64,000 nucleotides of DNA, from NCBI RefSeq assembly GCF_006345805.1, contig NC_042998.1:204228001-204292000 (forward strand). Direction: 5' to 3'. The first letter of the stretch is position 1. Each line of letters opens with the position of its first letter. This document shows positions 63,260 to 64,000 of the stretch, piece by piece. Source of the stretch: Octopus sinensis (taxonomy: Eukaryota). The notes beneath the pieces were generated by a model. The model had not been told where the DNA came from. It saw only the letters and a list, made by a program, of their open reading frames with translations, and searched no databases. Made by a program: the position numbers and the translations under genes.

Positions 63260-63480
63260 CTGGATTAGCATTTAAGCAGGCCATATCAGGCCCAAATATT
63301 CTCCATGTTTTATGCTCAAACTAACCATACCTGACCTCTGACACCTGCTTTAAAATGTCATTTTAAAAATAAATAATCACATCGTAGAAATCTTGAAGCT
63401 ATCAGATAATGCATGATTAATTGAAAACAATTTGAATAAATAAGCATTGCATTTAACAGAGTAATCTGAATGCTAAAGGG
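63260..63480. mobile_element. piggyBac-like MITE family 1
   Basis: TTAA left flank, GAATGCTAAAGGG right terminus, internal family match. Confidence 0.65.
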
Positions 63481-64000
63481 TCAAGAGATGTTATCTCCAG
63501 AAAACAACTGCAGTATATTTGCCTTTCATGATGTATTTATATTGAGTAGGATAACACAGATGGCTCTTTGGATCAAATACTGCTTCTGTTACAAATAATA
63601 GATTTTATTCAACCAGATGACTATCCACAACACCAGTGATTGTTTAATCCATTTCCCTATTTCAGTGGCAACAGATTTCATCCGAGCATGTGGTTGACCT
63701 GTGAGTACACACTACTGACAAAGCTCAATCATGCAGAAATGCAATTAGCATCTTCACTAGCAACTGCAGCTGCCACTGCTGGGGCAATTTTCATCGGCCT
63801 CTGATAGATATTGTTTTTAAACACAGCACATCAATAAGAGATATTATCTCTGGATCAATACTGCAGCAAATTTGCCTTTCACCATGTATTTAGATTCAGT
63901 TTCACTACATAGATGGCTCTTTATATATGTGTGTGTGTTTGTGCACATGTAAAATGATGAGGGTTTCGAATTATTGGGGAGCTATGTAGTAATTCTAAAT

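Overview
AT-rich, repeat-saturated eukaryotic DNA. I found no confidently identifiable host protein-coding gene and no rRNA, true tRNA, snRNA or CRISPR. The repeat inventory (several tRNA-headed SINE families, very abundant (CAT)n-tailed RTE-related elements, TA/CA/AAT/CAT microsatellites) resembles an octopus (coleoid cephalopod) intergenic or intronic region; that assignment is inference. Recognisable coding remnants are all transposon-derived: a 5'-truncated, frameshifted R4/Dong-type non-LTR retrotransposon (RT, CCHC, restriction-like endonuclease; 39663-41565, minus), a decayed mariner transposase with TIRs (61030-62297, minus), an RTE RT 3' fragment (52076-52985) and a CR1-type RT fragment (58340-58712). 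There are also non-autonomous Helitrons, piggyBac-like TTAA MITEs and a pogo-like MITE. Nearly all ORFs in the supplied track are repeat or microsatellite artefacts. The most interesting signals are non-coding. (1) A composite SINE consists of a tRNA-like Pol III head, an (AAT)n tract and a hammerhead-ribozyme-like body. It occurs twice, and in one copy the AAT tract holds the R4/Dong insertion. (2) At least nine unrelated fold-back inverted-repeat cassettes are present, most abutting (TA)n or (AAT)n tracts, and several carry minimal Penelope-type hammerhead cores. (3) A 593-bp insert with a 15-bp target-site duplication carries a CCAAT / E-box / TATA / Inr promoter arrangement and two hairpins. 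Repeat boundaries were read by eye and are approximate.
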